NCBI GenBank assembly: GCA_963787835.1
Contig: CAWBEI010000003.1
Span: forward strand, 192,001 to 256,000
Length of the DNA stretch: 64,000 nucleotides
Reading direction: 5' to 3'
From: Ignavibacteriota bacterium
GTDB taxonomy: Bacteria; Bacteroidota; Ignavibacteria; Palsa-1295
Shown here: piece by piece, positions 10,668-20,016 of the stretch
Layout of the letters: the number at the start of each line of letters is the position of its first letter
Numbering within the stretch: position 1 is the stretch's first letter
Made by a program: the position numbers and the translations under genes
The notes under the pieces: generated by a model
Seen by the model: the letters and a program-made list of their open reading frames with translations, nothing else
The model's database searches: none
What the model was told of the DNA's origin: nothing

Positions 10668-10753
10668 TGTAGCGCCGGCGTCCCCGCCGGTCCCCAATTC
10701 AATGAACCCGGATTGGGGGGGGGGGGGGGACAGGCGAGGACGCCTGCGCTACA
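10668..10753. repeat. REPIN-like doublet of GTAG-type REP palindromes enclosing a G15 tract
   Basis: TGTAGCGCCGGCGTCCCCGCCGGTCCCC (10668-10695) versus inverted copy ending 10753 (25/28 identical); poly-G at 10715-10729. Confidence 0.75.
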
Positions 10754-10862
10754 GTATTTCTAGCCCGGAACCACCTTTACCCGAAGAATCTTAGATAGAT
10801 GTGTATTCCTTCATGCAAATCTCGTCCGTGAAATCGAGAGGGTTTGGGAAAGTGGTAAAGTT

Positions 10863-11801
10863 ATGCTGAAAACATCGTCATTCGTGATCACTGCCGTTCT
10901 CTTGCTCGGCAGCCATCGCGTAAGCGGGCAGACAATGAGTAGCCTCCACGATGTAGCGGAGCGTAAGGGTATGTCGCCACTAAGTGTGCAGGATACCAAC
11001 GTTTCGTCTTGTTCAGCACTTGGCGCCAGCGAGGGCCTGGTAACAGATGGCCTCTACGATCAGGCATATGATTCGGCATGCTCTTACCTCAGCCATTGCT
11101 ACTACCAGTCCATTGCCGCCACTGAAGGTTTTGGTGCATTGCTTGATGCAGCTGTAGATACTACACTCACCCCAATAGGCCGAGCTTCAATGAAAAGCTT
11201 TCTCTTGTCTGTTCTACCTCTTAGAAGCGATGACGACTGGTTTTGCCACTGCGTAAATGCAATAGGTGCTTCGTTCTTCGGGGACACGAATCAGACGCGA
11301 GAGGATTTAAGCCTTTTATATTGGCTTATGAATAATCCTCGCTGTGCTGCTTATCAGGCTGGAATTGCTGGGAGCTACACAAATGAACGCAAGGACGATT
11401 ACCACCTTTGGCAAGATACTATGCACTACCCGGAAAAATACGACTCCACGCTTCTCACCATGCAGCAAATGGGACTCGATACGGTCCTGAAAATTTCTGC
11501 AACCGAGGGGGTTTCACCAGAAGCGATGGGCACGCAGATTCTACTCAATGCACACATCACTTCAAATCCGTTTACGAATGAAACGAACTTATCGCTTTTA
11601 ATCGGACGTGAAGCTTATGTAACGATTCAGGTATTCGATCTTCTCGGTCGCCAAATATCTGGCGTAGGCTACGAGGGCGTGTTCGAACAAGGTTCCCGCG
11701 TCATCCCTCTTGCAATGGATGCCGCGCCGCCGGGTATCTATTACCTCCGCATCTCAACCACCAACAATGAGGCACAAACGCTGAAGCTGACGAAGAAATA
11801 A
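10863..11801 (+). CDS. secreted Cys-containing protein of unknown function with T9SS type-A CTD
   Basis: Signal peptide; six Cys in the N-domain; CTD SNPF...IQVFDLLGR...GIYYLRI. Confidence 0.75.
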   Translation: MLKTSSFVITAVLLLGSHRVSGQTMSSLHDVAERKGMSPLSVQDTNVSSCSALGASEGLVTDGLYDQAYDSACSYLSHCYYQSIAATEGFGALLDAAVDTTLTPIGRASMKSFLLSVLPLRSDDDWFCHCVNAIGASFFGDTNQTREDLSLLYWLMNNPRCAAYQAGIAGSYTNERKDDYHLWQDTMHYPEKYDSTLLTMQQMGLDTVLKISATEGVSPEAMGTQILLNAHITSNPFTNETNLSLLIGREAYVTIQVFDLLGRQISGVGYEGVFEQGSRVIPLAMDAAPPGIYYLRISTTNNEAQTLKLTKK

Positions 11802-11805
11802 ACCA

Positions 11806-11845
11806 CTCACGCCCCAACCTCTCCCTACAGGGGAGAGATTTTTTT
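11806..11845 (+). terminator. hairpin terminator / REP-like CTCTCCC...GGGAGAG element between convergent genes
   Basis: CTCTCCC-TACAG-GGGAGAG followed by a T-run. Confidence 0.6.
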
Positions 11846-11860
11846 ATCTCAATTCCCCAT

Positions 11861-13726
11861 TCATTTCTTCTTCCCTTTCGCATCCATACCCGGCTTTGGC
11901 TTTGTTTCGTTAAATAGCTCAACAAGGTTTCGTTCCGAGAGGAACTGGATGATCTGGTGCTTTACATCTTCGGGGGAAATGGCGTCCGTAAGCACTTTGG
12001 CCGTAAGCGCTTTGCATTCTTCATAATTAAGACTTCGCACCCTGTTGGAAAGGGCATGCACCGCAGAAGGGGTCACGGAAATTTCCTGTATTCCCATGCC
12101 AACTAAAAGTGGGGTTGCAAGCGCGTAGCTGCCAAGCTCACCACAGATCGAAACAGGTTTGCCATGGCGCAGCCCTGCGGCAATCGTAGTCTGTATCAGC
12201 CGCAGCACTGCCGGATGCAATTCCTGATAGAGCGTCGAGATGAGATCATTCCCACGATCGACCGCCAATGTGTATTGCGTAAGATCGTTCGAGCCAATAG
12301 AAAAGTAATCGACGTACGGCACGAAGGTTTCCGCCATGATCGCCGCGCTTGGAACCTCGACCATAATGCCAACGGGGATATGTTCATCGAACTGTTCCCC
12401 GTTCCTTCGCAGGTCGTGTTTTGCCTGGGCAACGAAGTCGAGCGCGCGTTTCTGTTCATCGACGGTCGTGACCATAGGAAACATGATCTTCAGATTCCCG
12501 CGAACGGACGCCCGCAGGATCGCGCGCAATTGCGCAGAAAATAATTCCGGCTCATCCAAAGAGATCCTAAGTCCGCGCCAGCCGAGGAAGGGGTTATCCT
12601 CTCTATATGATCCGCTGAGCACTTTATCGCCACCGACATCGAACGTTCGGAGTGTCACGCTCGCCGGGAAAAAGCGATCGGCGATCTCGATGTACAGCGC
12701 GGTTTGCTCTTCTTCGGATGGGAACTCATCATGCAAAAGCAGAAAATGCTCGGTTCGAACAAGCCCAAGCCCCAACTGCTTTTGTCCATCGGCAGTGGCT
12801 GTAACCTCACTGAGTTTTTCTGCTTCCGCGATCGAGACCTCATTGCCAAACTCAAGATTCAAGAACAGCGTAACCGCATGTCCATCCTTCGTAAGTGCAG
12901 CAGGAGCATCCTCATTGGTAATGGTAAGCCCGGGATCACCGCTCGCGCGGAGTGCAAAACTTTGTTCGCGCTCATATTCTTTGAGGGTCTGCGCGTCCGG
13001 CCGGATAATGAGTTCCCCTAGATCGCCATCGAGAATAATGATATCCCCTGTTTCCACTTGAGCGGCAGAGGAATGCAGCGAAACAAGCGCCGGAATTCCG
13101 AGCGAGCGGGCAAGAATAGCAACATGGCTCGTTATTCCCCCACCATCGATCGCAAAACCAAGCATCGAAGAGCGGGAAAATAGAATAGCATCCGCGGGCG
13201 TGAGCATGTCGGCAACAAGGATCGAAGGCGCTTCGATCTTGGACTGCCATTTCTTGCTATCGAGCAAATACCGCAGCAATCGTTGCTTGATATCTTCAAT
13301 ATCCTGGGCACGTTCGCGCATCAGGAGATTGTCCCCAGATTCGAGCATTCTCTGATGGGCAGAAAATTCGACATCCACCACGTATGCTGCCGGTTTAAGC
13401 TCATGCTTGACGCGCTGGCGGATCGTACTCAGAATAAATTCATCCGAGACCATCATCATTTGCGCCTCGAAAATGAACGAAGCAGATGCTCCAACCTTTT
13501 GCTCGGCCACGCGGCGCACTTTCTCGATCTCCTGCCGCGCTTTGTTGACCGCCGCATCGAAGGATTCGATCTCAGAGCCTACTTCATTCAGATCGAGATC
13601 GCGATTCTCAGCACTGAGCAGTGTGCGAACATACCGATGCGCAGGACCAATGGCAACGCCACGGCTTGCCGCGATTCCGCTGAATCGCAGCATCTCTTTC
13701 GCCTCTGTATGCCGGTGCTGAGTCAT
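11861..13726 (-). CDS. ptsI: phosphoenolpyruvate-protein phosphotransferase (PTS enzyme I)
   Basis: GIAASRGVAIG, phospho-His motif GGITSHVAILARSLGIP, RTFDVGGDK, NPFLGWRGLR, SIGSNDLTQY, ICGELG; start uncertain (13726 chosen). Confidence 0.95.
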   Translation of the reverse strand: MTQHRHTEAKEMLRFSGIAASRGVAIGPAHRYVRTLLSAENRDLDLNEVGSEIESFDAAVNKARQEIEKVRRVAEQKVGASASFIFEAQMMMVSDEFILSTIRQRVKHELKPAAYVVDVEFSAHQRMLESGDNLLMRERAQDIEDIKQRLLRYLLDSKKWQSKIEAPSILVADMLTPADAILFSRSSMLGFAIDGGGITSHVAILARSLGIPALVSLHSSAAQVETGDIIILDGDLGELIIRPDAQTLKEYEREQSFALRASGDPGLTITNEDAPAALTKDGHAVTLFLNLEFGNEVSIAEAEKLSEVTATADGQKQLGLGLVRTEHFLLLHDEFPSEEEQTALYIEIADRFFPASVTLRTFDVGGDKVLSGSYREDNPFLGWRGLRISLDEPELFSAQLRAILRASVRGNLKIMFPMVTTVDEQKRALDFVAQAKHDLRRNGEQFDEHIPVGIMVEVPSAAIMAETFVPYVDYFSIGSNDLTQYTLAVDRGNDLISTLYQELHPAVLRLIQTTIAAGLRHGKPVSICGELGSYALATPLLVGMGIQEISVTPSAVHALSNRVRSLNYEECKALTAKVLTDAISPEDVKHQIIQFLSERNLVELFNETKPKPGMDAKGKKK

Positions 13727-13763
13727 AGGGTAGTGCCCCAAGTAAATGAGTACTCGCTACTCG

Positions 13764-14033
13764 TTATATTTCCTCTTCAAAACCTTTTTGAAAATAATCC
13801 ACCAGTTCCTGCATGGCCGCTTCTTCATCGGGGCCGTCGCATTCCAATTCAAGCTGGCTGCCTTGCGCAGCCGCCAGCGTCATGACGCCAATAATGGATT
13901 TGCCATTAATTCGAAATCCATCCTTAATAATGAAAAATTCCGACTGGAACTTGCTCGCGAGTTTCACGATCGCGGCGGCGGGCCGGGTATGCAGCCCGGC
14001 GCGATTGATAATGGTCACCGTCTTCTGAATCAC
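13764..14033 (-). CDS. ptsH: phosphocarrier protein HPr
   Basis: GLHTRPAA (His15) and NGKSIIGVMTL (Ser46); GTG start at 14033. Confidence 0.95.
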   Translation of the reverse strand: MIQKTVTIINRAGLHTRPAAAIVKLASKFQSEFFIIKDGFRINGKSIIGVMTLAAAQGSQLELECDGPDEEAAMQELVDYFQKGFEEEI

Positions 14034-14180
14034 AAAAAAATGGGTAGTATGGTTGGATCGTATGAATAACAGGAGGCTCTCTAACACAGATAAGATGGTA
14101 AAATAAGCCCAAAAATAACGATCGGATGGAAAAATTATGAAAGCGTAAATCAAACTCGATGCTGTTTCGGTTAAGGGAGC

Positions 14181-15455
14181 ATGAAATACTCGGTTGCCAT
14201 TGTTGGCGGAGGTGCAGGTGGCATCTTTGCTGCATTATCCGCATCCAGAACCGCTCGCGAGAGCGGTATGGAGCTCGATGTGCACCTCTTCGAACGCAAT
14301 CCCCGTATCGGCATAAAGATCCTCATCTCCGGAGGCGGAAAATGTAATATCACCCACGCTGGGCCCATCGAAGAAGTATTGAAGGAGGGGTTTCCCCGGA
14401 AGATCGAGCAACGGTTTTTGAAAAAGGTCCTGTATCGATTCACCAATCAGGATGTGATCGCACTGCTCGAATGGCATAATGTCAGTGTACACACGCGGGA
14501 TAATGGCCGGGTCTTTCCAAACTCAGGAAGGGCCGATGATGTGTTGAATGCGTTCGAGAATGAACTTCGCCGGTGTGGGGTGATCGTTCACACAAAATCC
14601 CGCATCGAATCGGTGGAAGTTACGGCGGATGGGAATTGGAATGTCGTATCCAATGGGCAGCACATTATCGCCAACGCACTGGTACTCGCGACCGGTGGCA
14701 CAAGCTACTCCAAAACCGGAACGACCGGCGATGGCATCGAGTACGCCCGCATACTTGGACATACGATCGTGCCCATCCGCTCTGCACTGGCGCCGATCTA
14801 TCTGAAGGAAGTTCCGGATCAATCCCTTGTAGGAATTTCATTGCGAGATATTGAGATCGGCATTGTGCAAAATGGAAAAACACACGCTCGGCAGCGAGGC
14901 GATGCTCTCATCACGCATCGCGGGCTTTCCGGTCCGGCAATATTAGGCATCAGTAATGCTGCCAGCATTCTCATGGAAGATGGCTCCATTTCTATCGAAG
15001 CGAGTCTTATTGGCAAAAATGAAAGTGAGGTAAGAGCAACGCTCGTCGAGGCACAACAGTCGCTTCCCCGGCAGCACGTAAAGACCTATCTCGAATCACT
15101 GCTTCCAAATCGCTTTGTGCCTTTCGTTATGGAACAGGCAAATGTTCCCGCTGAAAGAAAATGGCATGAGGTTCAACGCGATGAGCGAACCCGGCTGTGT
15201 ACTGCACTCGTCCGTTATAACTTCGGAGCAGTGTCGGAGATCCCGCTGGAACGCGGGGAAGTAACTTCGGGCGGTGTTGCCCTCGGAGAAATAGATCCGA
15301 ATACGATGATGTCCCGTATTCATTCGGGGTTATTTCTTGCCGGTGAAATGCTCGATGTTGCTGGCGAGATCGGGGGCTATAATCTCCAGGCTGCCTACTC
15401 TACGGGATGGGTCGCGGGGGAAGCTGCGGCAACGTTCCTGTTCTCAAAAAAATAA
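14181..15455 (+). CDS. HI0933/YhiN family NAD(P)/FAD-dependent oxidoreductase
   Basis: IVGGGAGG, KILISGGGKCNITH, GRVFP, ATGG...GTTGDG, VTSGGV, GGYNLQAAYSTG. Confidence 0.92.
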   Translation: MKYSVAIVGGGAGGIFAALSASRTARESGMELDVHLFERNPRIGIKILISGGGKCNITHAGPIEEVLKEGFPRKIEQRFLKKVLYRFTNQDVIALLEWHNVSVHTRDNGRVFPNSGRADDVLNAFENELRRCGVIVHTKSRIESVEVTADGNWNVVSNGQHIIANALVLATGGTSYSKTGTTGDGIEYARILGHTIVPIRSALAPIYLKEVPDQSLVGISLRDIEIGIVQNGKTHARQRGDALITHRGLSGPAILGISNAASILMEDGSISIEASLIGKNESEVRATLVEAQQSLPRQHVKTYLESLLPNRFVPFVMEQANVPAERKWHEVQRDERTRLCTALVRYNFGAVSEIPLERGEVTSGGVALGEIDPNTMMSRIHSGLFLAGEMLDVAGEIGGYNLQAAYSTGWVAGEAAATFLFSKK

Positions 15456-15491
15456 AAGAGCGGCCCGGTAAACGGACCGCTCTTCTCTTTT
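15456..15491 (+). terminator. intrinsic terminator
   Basis: AAGAGCGG/CCGCTCTT stem directly after the stop, followed by a pyrimidine tract. Confidence 0.65.
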
Positions 15492-15546
15492 GCTTCTGCT
15501 TCTTCTCTTCAGGCCACCATGAAAAGGCCTGAAGCAGGACACTTAT

Positions 15547-15975
15547 TTAGTTCTGTGTGACGGGAATCGAAGATTTCGTCACGTCTTCTACTTCGCGCAT
15601 CACCACGGCAAAATCCCGTTTAATTTGCTGCGTTTGTTGAATGGCCGGAGTTTCGATGAGTTCATCTTTCGTGAGGATCGAATCCCCTTCGAGATGCACC
15701 CAATACTTTTTGTTCGGCTGCAGCACGACCAGATACTTCCCAGTCTCGCGGTTCGAGGTGCTGCAGGTGATCTCGCGAGCCGTATCGCCGACTTCACGAA
15801 TGCTGACCTTGACCGACGTTGGCTTTGAACTTTCATCCGAGCGAACGATGCCGCTCATGACGACCACCGCGCGCGAAAATGTTTGCGAACGACCGGCATT
15901 CGGAACCAAGATAGAGGAAATAGCGACAAGAGCTGTGGCGCTCGCTATTTTTAAGAATGTTGATTTCATGTTCAT
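15547..15975 (-). CDS. secreted hypothetical protein (carboxypeptidase-regulatory-like beta-sandwich)
   Basis: Signal peptide MNMKSTFLKIASATALVA; SGIVR...SNRETGKYLVVLQPNKKY pattern; start ATG 15975. Confidence 0.55.
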   Translation of the reverse strand: MNMKSTFLKIASATALVAISSILVPNAGRSQTFSRAVVVMSGIVRSDESSKPTSVKVSIREVGDTAREITCSTSNRETGKYLVVLQPNKKYWVHLEGDSILTKDELIETPAIQQTQQIKRDFAVVMREVEDVTKSSIPVTQN

Positions 15976-16431
15976 TGTAAGAATAAGGCTATTGTAGAGA
16001 GGAGTGAATATGAGGATGGCAAAACGACCAGGCCCGAGAGGAGGGCGCATGTACTGAACATCTTGAGGAGGAATGCTCAGACCCGCGCTTCTACGCATCA
16101 TCGTCGATGCTGTTACCTGATGTGTGCCACAAAAATAGGAATCTGGAATTGCGCCACAGTTACCGCTATTTTTCGATTCCATTAGTTTGTTCATGTTCAC
16201 TAAAAGCTGCAAATCGCACTACTGGTAGTATATTGTTCCAATAGGATGCCAACGTTCAGAATGCGCTTTATGAGCGTTAAACGGAACTTTGAGGAATTTT
16301 CGATCTTCGTGAAACATTTTAAATGCGCGCTTCTGTGGACAATTCTTTGTTGGACTGTATAGAACGCTTCGTGTGTTATCTTTTCCTTAATTCGAGAAAA
16401 AGAACGAAACTTTATTCTATCAGCCGGAAAC

Positions 16432-17289
16432 TTGCTCTTTCAGAAAAATAATATCGCCGTACTCTTCGCGCTCGTCGGCGCGATGGCAACGGGCTGTGCT
16501 TCTACCCCGAAGCTGACAACAACGAACCCCGAACGCCACATCGAGGCCAGCGATCAGGCGCTTGGGAATGTTCGTTCGTGGCTCGCTGCTCGATCGCTTA
16601 TCGCCAGAAGCATGAGCGTAGCCGGTGACGTTACGTTCGATCAAAATGGAGAATCGAACTCCGCAAGTTTTGCAATGAAAAGCAAACGGCTCGATGCGAA
16701 CGGCAACCGTATCGATTCGCTGAGTATAGAAGTATTGGGACCGTTTGGAATTAAACTTGCGCGGTTTCTGGCTTCTCCCGAGCAATACACCTTCTATGAT
16801 ATTTTGCACGGCCAACGCGTGACCGGTGCGACCGATGCACAATCACTGGAAGCGCTGACTCAATTACAGGGCGTCTCGCTTGGGATGATGAGCGATCTTA
16901 TCTACGGCCTTCCTTCAACCGAGACACGGTCAGAGGCAGACGAGCACTTCTATTCGAACGGTAGTTCCCATTACACGCTTGTGGTCCACGAAGCAGAAAC
17001 GAACACTACGTCGGCGCTTGACCTCGAAGGTGTTTTGCCGAACGATTCGGTAAAAGGCGACCTTATGGTCGTTCGCTATCGAAGGTGGAATGGAACGATC
17101 GATCCAAAGACGGTTTCATTCCCGCCCTCGCTTACCATCCATTTTTCGGAACCGATCGTAGTCAACGGCATTTCCGTTCCACAACATATCGATGCAACGG
17201 CCGGCCCAAACAAACTGACACTGACCTACGATCACATCGATGTGAACTCCCCTTCACTCACTGTAAAAATTAAAATGCCTTCGCAATGA
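16432..17289 (+). CDS. DUF4292/LolB-like lipoprotein
   Basis: Lipobox ATG-C; DSLSIEVLGPFGIKLAR motif; first gene of the ABC operon. Confidence 0.65.
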   Translation: MLFQKNNIAVLFALVGAMATGCASTPKLTTTNPERHIEASDQALGNVRSWLAARSLIARSMSVAGDVTFDQNGESNSASFAMKSKRLDANGNRIDSLSIEVLGPFGIKLARFLASPEQYTFYDILHGQRVTGATDAQSLEALTQLQGVSLGMMSDLIYGLPSTETRSEADEHFYSNGSSHYTLVVHEAETNTTSALDLEGVLPNDSVKGDLMVVRYRRWNGTIDPKTVSFPPSLTIHFSEPIVVNGISVPQHIDATAGPNKLTLTYDHIDVNSPSLTVKIKMPSQ

Positions 17290-18062
17290 TAGAAATTCTA
17301 CATCTCTCCAAACGCTATGGCACTACGCTCGCCGTCGAGGATCTTTCTCTTGAGATCGGTGCCGGAGAAATTTTCGCGCTGCTCGGCCCAAACGGCGCGG
17401 GGAAATCTTCGACTGTTAAAGTATTGACCGGGCTTTCACGACCGACAACGGGAATTGTTCGCATTGCCGGTTTCGATGTGGTCGAGGAACCCCTCGAGGT
17501 AAAAAATCGAGTCGGTTATGTACCGGAAAATGCGATACTCTATGAGAGCCTCACTGCGGATGAGTACCTTGACCTCGCGGGTACGCTCCGACATATTGAT
17601 AGAAAAAGACTTGCTGAACAGCGTGAAGAGCTTTTCTCTCTGTTCGAACTTTCGAAAGAAGACCGAAAAAAATTACTCTCTGAATTTTCGAAAGGGATGA
17701 AGCAAAAGGTGTTGCTCATCTCCGCTCTCATTCACAATCCGGAAGTATTAATTTTAGATGAACCGCTTTCTGGCCTCGATGCGAATGCCGCGCTCATTTT
17801 TAAAGAGGTGATTCGAAAATTTGCACATGGTACTTCAGGAAAGACCATCTTCTTTTGCTCCCACGTTCTGGATGTTGTTGAGCGGTTATGTGACCGGATC
17901 GCGATTATGAATCACGGTAAGCTTATTGCGATCGGCACACCACAAGAGTTGCTTGAAGAATCCGGCGAGGCGTCGCTCGAACTGGCATTTCACAAACTCA
18001 CCGGTGGCGCGGACATCGAGCGCTCGACCGATGAAGTGATGCGCGCACTTTCGCAGGAGTAA
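17286..18062 (+). CDS. ABC transporter ATP-binding protein
   Basis: Walker A GPNGAGKS, signature FSKGMKQK, Walker B LILDEP, H-loop SH. Confidence 0.95.
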   Translation: MIEILHLSKRYGTTLAVEDLSLEIGAGEIFALLGPNGAGKSSTVKVLTGLSRPTTGIVRIAGFDVVEEPLEVKNRVGYVPENAILYESLTADEYLDLAGTLRHIDRKRLAEQREELFSLFELSKEDRKKLLSEFSKGMKQKVLLISALIHNPEVLILDEPLSGLDANAALIFKEVIRKFAHGTSGKTIFFCSHVLDVVERLCDRIAIMNHGKLIAIGTPQELLEESGEASLELAFHKLTGGADIERSTDEVMRALSQE

Positions 18063-18066
18063 AATC

Positions 18067-19719
18067 ATGTTCTCATCCATTGATTTCCGGCAAGTCCTGA
18101 TCCTTACACGTTACGCGCTTACCAGCGAGTGGCGCAAGTCGAGCACGCGCTCCTTCGGCCGCAAACGCAAGATGAGCCGTGCGTGGGCGTATTGGACGAT
18201 CGTTATCTATCTCCTCATCGGCGCGCTTAGTATTCGATTGTTCATCGAAAATACTTCCGGGGAAGCATTGGTCACTGCCATTGGCATCTTCATGCTTTAT
18301 GCCGGCCTTGTGATCGCGAGCAATATCTTCATGTCCTTTGGAACCGGATTTCTTTCTCCTGACGAGGCACAGATCATTTCGCTCATGCCGGTTTCGAGCG
18401 AGACGTTCTTTTTCTCACGTCTGGCAGTGCTAATATGTTACACAACCATCATTTCGCTCTTGCTTTCCATTGGACCATTCATTGGATTTGAGTTCTTTCT
18501 TCGCACAGGTTCTTTTTCGGTGTTGATGCAAAACCTGATGTTCCTCGTTGCAATGGTGCTTTCGGGTATTGCTGCTTCGATGGCAGTGATCGTGGTGTAT
18601 GGGATCTTATTAAGCCAGTTTGGAAAATCCAGAGTTTCAAAAGTGGCGGGCTATGTGCAGTTCGCGGGATCGTTCATTTCGACGATGAGCTTAATAGTTC
18701 TTTCGCAAGTTCGGCATAATATCGATCTTCACGCATTCACGTTCGATGCCCATCCCTGGATCGCTTTTTTCCCTTCGTATTGGTTTGCCTCATTAGCAAC
18801 GATTGGGAATGGAACAACCTCCGCGATCCATCTTCCACTTACTATTGCATCGTTGATTTTTCTTACAATGCTTGCAGGAGCATCCCATATTCTGCTGGGG
18901 AAAAAATACCAAGCGGAAATTGAAGAACTTACTGCTTCCGCCGCAAAATCGGCAAAGCAAAAAAAATCGGATCGCGATTCCGTGCTGTATCGCGTTGCCA
19001 CGAGCCTTGCACGTTCAGACGAAGCACGCGCCACGTTTCAGGTGCTTCGCGCGCAATTCCGTTATGATTCGAAATTTCGGATGCAGTTGCTTGCCTCGTT
19101 CGCACCCACTGTTATTTATCTCATCGTTGCCATCGTCCTCGGTGGCATTGTCGATCCATTCGGCAGTAATTGGGGAGGAATTGCAAGATCGAATTTATTC
19201 TATTTTTCTGCGATGCTCATGCCTCTCATTTCCATACAGACCATTTCACAAAGCGAAAATTATAAGTCAGCATGGATCTTTTTTTCATCTCCTATTGACC
19301 GGGCGAAACTTCTGCTCGCTGTTCGCAACGCGATCTTCGTCTCGATCCTGCTGCCCTATACCCTGGTCCTCGCCATCATTCTTTCCATTTATATGCCAGT
19401 CTTTCATGCGGTCGCTCATGCGTTAGTGCTTGCTTCTATTGGTGGACTGATCTTTCAATGCTATTTGATGCTCAATCCCAAAATGCCATTTGCGCAAGAA
19501 CGCCGACCGAACCGTGGCGGATTTGTTATGGCATCCGGCATTATTCTTCTCGCCCTGCTTGCCTTGGGGCTGCTCGGAATCACAATTTTTTATGGCTATC
19601 GTTCGCAAACGCGTTTCTGGCCGATCTTCACACTGATAATCACGCTATCGGTTTTATTGGAAAAAGCCGTTCATGTACGCGTCCGAAAAAGACTGGATCG
19701 CGAGGAATTCGATGGGTGA
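18067..19719 (+). CDS. ABC-2 type exporter permease (two-module membrane protein)
   Basis: More than 10 TM segments, ISLMPVS and FFSSPI motifs, 4 bp downstream of the ATPase gene. Confidence 0.75.
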   Translation: MFSSIDFRQVLILTRYALTSEWRKSSTRSFGRKRKMSRAWAYWTIVIYLLIGALSIRLFIENTSGEALVTAIGIFMLYAGLVIASNIFMSFGTGFLSPDEAQIISLMPVSSETFFFSRLAVLICYTTIISLLLSIGPFIGFEFFLRTGSFSVLMQNLMFLVAMVLSGIAASMAVIVVYGILLSQFGKSRVSKVAGYVQFAGSFISTMSLIVLSQVRHNIDLHAFTFDAHPWIAFFPSYWFASLATIGNGTTSAIHLPLTIASLIFLTMLAGASHILLGKKYQAEIEELTASAAKSAKQKKSDRDSVLYRVATSLARSDEARATFQVLRAQFRYDSKFRMQLLASFAPTVIYLIVAIVLGGIVDPFGSNWGGIARSNLFYFSAMLMPLISIQTISQSENYKSAWIFFSSPIDRAKLLLAVRNAIFVSILLPYTLVLAIILSIYMPVFHAVAHALVLASIGGLIFQCYLMLNPKMPFAQERRPNRGGFVMASGIILLALLALGLLGITIFYGYRSQTRFWPIFTLIITLSVLLEKAVHVRVRKRLDREEFDG

Positions 19720-20016
19720 GAGAAGTGTAGATGAAATTTATAACTCTTTATTTATCATGGACTTTCGAAGACCAATAGACTGAATGTATTTCTCAATCAA
19801 TATGTATTAATCACGCCTATTTATTGGGTGTAAGTGATTCACCGCCCATGACAGATTCTTCTTTAGACCCAGAAAAATTCGAACATTTCAAGCAAAAATT
19901 GCAGGTTCAGGATGATGTTGCAACGCCGTGGTAAAACTCACTAATGACCCAGTTAGTTTTTGAGGGGTTCGCTGTTTGCTTTCGTATCTTTGTGCAGTCT
20001 TTTTCATTGCGTAGCT

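Noticed and set aside
12336-13885. Long plus-strand ORFs (241 aa, 200 aa)
   Set aside because: Antisense to ptsI; codon-bias shadows
15976-16212. N-terminal extension of the 221-aa ORF
   Set aside because: A signal peptide begins at Met80 (15975); the extension is probably non-coding
16334-16342. DnaA-box-like TGTGGACAA suggesting oriC
   Set aside because: Single imperfect box, no cluster, no dnaA context
19861-19890. GACCCAGAAAAATTCGAAC as a third att copy
   Set aside because: Only ATTCGAAC matches exactly; too short to distinguish from chance
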